A model generated the notes under the pieces. It did no database searches. It was not told where the DNA came from and saw only the letters and a program-made list of their open reading frames with translations. DNA of 64,000 nt from Patescibacteria group bacterium. GTDB lineage: Bacteria > Patescibacteriota > JAQUNI01. Positions 62,159 through 64,000 of this stretch are shown here, piece after piece (the first letter of the stretch is position 1; each line of letters opens with the position of its first letter). The position numbers were made by a program, and so were the translations under genes. The stretch covers positions 54,306-118,305 of the forward strand of contig JAQUNI010000001.1 of assembly GCA_028717685.1 (NCBI GenBank), written 5' to 3'.

Positions 62159-62746
62159 CAACAAGGCTTCAGCCTTGTTGAAGTTATTCTCGCCAGCGCG
62201 GTGTTTGTTTTGTTCGTTACCGCGCTTGTCGGAGCGTACCTCTATGGGCAGGAGTCAACCGCGCTTGCCGGCAATCGCGCGCGCGCGACGATTCTTGCCG
62301 AAGAAGGGCTTGAGGCAGTGCGCAATATCCGCGATGCCGGATTTTCTAATCTCACCGACGGCACCTACGGATTGGCTGTTGTCGGCAACCAATGGGCGTT
62401 ATTCGGAACATCAGACACAACGGGTATTTTTACCCGCCAAATTACAATTTCCGCTGTAGATTCAGAACGAAAAAGCGTGACTGCGAATGTCGCTTGGCAA
62501 CAAAATGCCCAGCGCCCGGGAGCAGTTGCCCTGACGACCTATCTTACTAACTGGAAAAAGGCGACTCCTGTCAATTCCTGCGATATTTACTGCCAGTTGT
62601 TGGGAACCTATACCACTGGTACCTGTCGGGAAAATTCCCAACAATGTACTAAGTATGACGAGATTTATGAGGCGGGCGGTGATCCTATTTGTGTGACTAG
62701 TTTTCCTGGCGACGCCAGCCATGATACTTGTTGCTGCAAACCATAA
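62108..62746 (+). CDS. type IV pseudopilin with cysteine-rich C-terminal domain
   Basis: MGSKNKNLPTTNYKLPTQQG|FSLVEVILASAVFVLFV is a class III signal with E5. There are 8 Cys in the last 57 residues. The ATG lies 17 nt inside the preceding ORF. Confidence 0.75.
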   Translation: MGSKNKNLPTTNYKLPTQQGFSLVEVILASAVFVLFVTALVGAYLYGQESTALAGNRARATILAEEGLEAVRNIRDAGFSNLTDGTYGLAVVGNQWALFGTSDTTGIFTRQITISAVDSERKSVTANVAWQQNAQRPGAVALTTYLTNWKKATPVNSCDIYCQLLGTYTTGTCRENSQQCTKYDEIYEAGGDPICVTSFPGDASHDTCCCKP

Positions 62747-62755
62747 TTTAGGGAT

Positions 62756-62814
62756 TAGTTTGTAGTGAGTAGTTGGTAGGTTGTAGTTTTCTACTCACTA
62801 CTCACTACAAACTA
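62756..62814. repeat. unoccupied heptamer hairpin between pseudopilin genes
   Basis: 62756-62772 tagtttgtagtgagtag is the exact reverse complement of 62798-62814 ctactcactacaaacta (17 bp). The 25-nt loop contains a small gtag tttt ctac stem. Confidence 0.8.
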
Positions 62815-62823
62815 CAAACTAAC

Positions 62824-63348
62824 ATGCTACCAACTACAAACTACCAACTACAAACCCAGCGTGGCTTCACGCTAATTGAACTGCTTCTCTATGTTGCCGT
62901 TGCGTCGGCGATACTTTTGGCGATTTCGGTTTTTCTTTCAATCCTCCTTCAGTCGCGCATCAAAAATCAAACTATCGCTGAAGTGGAACAGCAGGGGCTT
63001 CAAGTTATGCAACTCGTTACGCAAACCGCGCGCAACGCCGAGGCAATCACCTCGCCAGCGCAGGGCGCAAGCGCTTCATCTTTGACGCTTGACGTTATTT
63101 CTGCTGCCAGTGACCCCACTATTTTTGATCTCGCAAGCGGCGCGATTCGCGTCAAAGAAGGGGCTGGTTCAGCTACCGCTCTTACTAATTCTCGCGTTAC
63201 CGCTTCCGCTCTCACATTCCAAAATCTCTCTCGCACCGACACTCCGGGCACGGTTCGCGTCCAATTCACCCTCGCACATACAAATCCAGAAGGCAGAAAT
63301 GAATACTCATTTACTAAAACATTTATCGGCTCTGCGAGCCTGCGCTAG
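62824..63348 (+). CDS. type IV pseudopilin (GspJ/PulJ-like)
   Basis: The start is taken at the ATG giving MLPTTNYQLQTQRG|FTLIELLLYVAVASAILL. The ORF track begins at a TTG (62773) inside the hairpin. Confidence 0.75.
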   Translation: MLPTTNYQLQTQRGFTLIELLLYVAVASAILLAISVFLSILLQSRIKNQTIAEVEQQGLQVMQLVTQTARNAEAITSPAQGASASSLTLDVISAASDPTIFDLASGAIRVKEGAGSATALTNSRVTASALTFQNLSRTDTPGTVRVQFTLAHTNPEGRNEYSFTKTFIGSASLR

Positions 63349-63370
63349 TCATAATGCGGCAAATGCCGCA

Positions 63371-63477
63371 ACGACTGACACTTGATACCTAGCACCTGAC
63401 AACTGACCACTAACATCTAACATTTTGTTAGGTGTCAGATGCCAAATGTCAGGTGTTAGGTGCTAGGTGTCAAGTGT
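63371..63477. repeat. long heptamer-array hairpin (ctgacac ttgatac ctagcac ctgacaa ctgacca ctaacat)
   Basis: The outer stem 63376-63395 acacttgatacctagcacct pairs with 63458-63477 aggtgctaggtgtcaagtgt at 19/20. The inner arms are imperfect, with loop tttt near 63423-63426. Confidence 0.75.
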
Positions 63478-63507
63478 TAATTGTATAGAACCAGGTTATT
63501 CACACTC

Positions 63508-63927
63508 ATGATTATTTTAAAATATAAAAAGTGTTATAATAAACAGGAGGATGGGTTCATTACCCTAATAAGTGTCTTGGTGGTTGGAGCGGTTGGAATA
63601 GCCCTCACAATTTCCGTGATTTTGCTCGGGCTTGGGTCGTCGCGAACAAGTTTTACGAATGAGCAGTCAAACCAAGCGAAAGCCCTCACTAACGCCTGTG
63701 CCGAAGAAGCTCTTCAGCAAATTCGTGATTCTGTGAATTTTGAAGGTACCGGTAGCCTTACTTTAGGTCTGGGCAGCTGCACCTATACCGTGACCAAACT
63801 TGTTAGCCAGAACCGAACCGTCACCGCCAGCGGGACAGTGGGAACAATCATAAGAAAAGCAAGTATTGCTCTTGATACAATCAGACCGAGCATCAACATC
63901 ACTTCCTGGCAAGAGGTGGCTGATTAG
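63508..63927 (+). CDS. PilX/minor-pilin-like protein
   Basis: The start is taken at the first ATG, giving MIILKYKKCYNKQEDG|FITLISVLVVGAVGIALTISVILLG. It has a hydrophobic N-terminal helix but no Glu at +5. The ORF track begins at TTG 63481. Confidence 0.55.
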   Translation: MIILKYKKCYNKQEDGFITLISVLVVGAVGIALTISVILLGLGSSRTSFTNEQSNQAKALTNACAEEALQQIRDSVNFEGTGSLTLGLGSCTYTVTKLVSQNRTVTASGTVGTIIRKASIALDTIRPSINITSWQEVAD

Positions 63928-63989
63928 TTAGTAGTTTGTAGTGAGTAGTGAATAAAAAACTACCAACTAACACGCTACCAACTACAAGC
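63925..63989. repeat. heptamer arrays of the pilus-locus family at the window end
   Basis: tagttagtagtttgtagtgagtagtg is followed by actaccaactaacacgctaccaactacaagc. The words match 59059-62857 but complementarity is degenerate. The next gene lies beyond the window. Confidence 0.5.
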
Positions 63990-64000
63990 TAAATAAACAT

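Noticed and set aside
61753-63507. The longer N-terminal extensions given by the ORF track for 61753 (MVVN...), 62773 (MVGCSFLLTTHYKLQTN...) and 63481 (MYRTRLFTL...).
   Set aside because: They begin at TTG codons inside hairpin arms or spacers. The homologous cassette and the pilin leader consensus point to the downstream ATGs (61765, 62824 and 63508).
59059-63989. Could the repeated NgtagtN / ctacNaa arrays, or any of the heptamer arrays, be a CRISPR array?
   Set aside because: The repeat unit is only 7 nt and strictly tandem, with no unique spacers of 25-40 nt. The arrays occur as inverted pairs, and no cas genes are present.

Overview
This is a 64-kb chromosomal window from an AT-leaning, compact bacterial genome. 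The gene content and style suggest Candidate Phyla Radiation / Patescibacteria, but that lineage call is inference only. The supporting traits are tight gene packing, many genes with no obvious Shine-Dalgarno site by eye, GT39/GT2/GT4 envelope glycosyltransferases, a type IV pilus operon and three 23S-IVS-type four-helix-bundle genes.

Most of the window is housekeeping. It carries tRNA-Gln, dnaX, corA, cysS, dus, dnaB, ybaB-recR, rplU, a glycosyltransferase block, an ftsQ-like gene, serS and lysS (fused to an HD domain). It continues with greA, folD, mrdA-mreD-mreC-mreB, proS, rseP, frr, holB, a second mreB and murA. Then come rpsI-rplM, rplQ-rpoA-rpsD-rpsK-rpsM-rpmJ-infA and ftsA. An accessory stretch (52.4-56.9 kb) and a type IV pilus operon (56.9-64 kb) close the window. 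The pilus operon encodes a receiver, pilB, pilC with a C-terminal SH3, and four pseudopilins. I recognised no rRNA, CRISPR array, transposase or integrase.

The unusual part is the non-coding architecture. Nearly every spacer carries arrays of tandem heptamers, often paired into long imperfect hairpins.
- In three places a four-helix-bundle (IVS/Avd family) ORF occupies the space between inverted-repeat arms. In the two pilus-operon copies the ORF fills the hairpin loop to within a few nt.
- Those two pilus-operon cassettes also supply the only canonical in-frame start codon for the downstream pilC and pseudopilin genes.
- A GIY-YIG nuclease gene sits on a roughly 296-bp element with terminal inverted repeats and a flanking direct repeat. 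It is fused in frame to a third pseudopilin exactly at the prepilin cleavage site.
- Two further repeat families are scattered through the window: CCCCGTTAGAGAA palindromes and C-tract/G-tract nested hairpins. One copy of the second family appears to be inserted in frame in dus.

All coordinates of hand-found elements were counted by eye and may be off by 1-2 nt.
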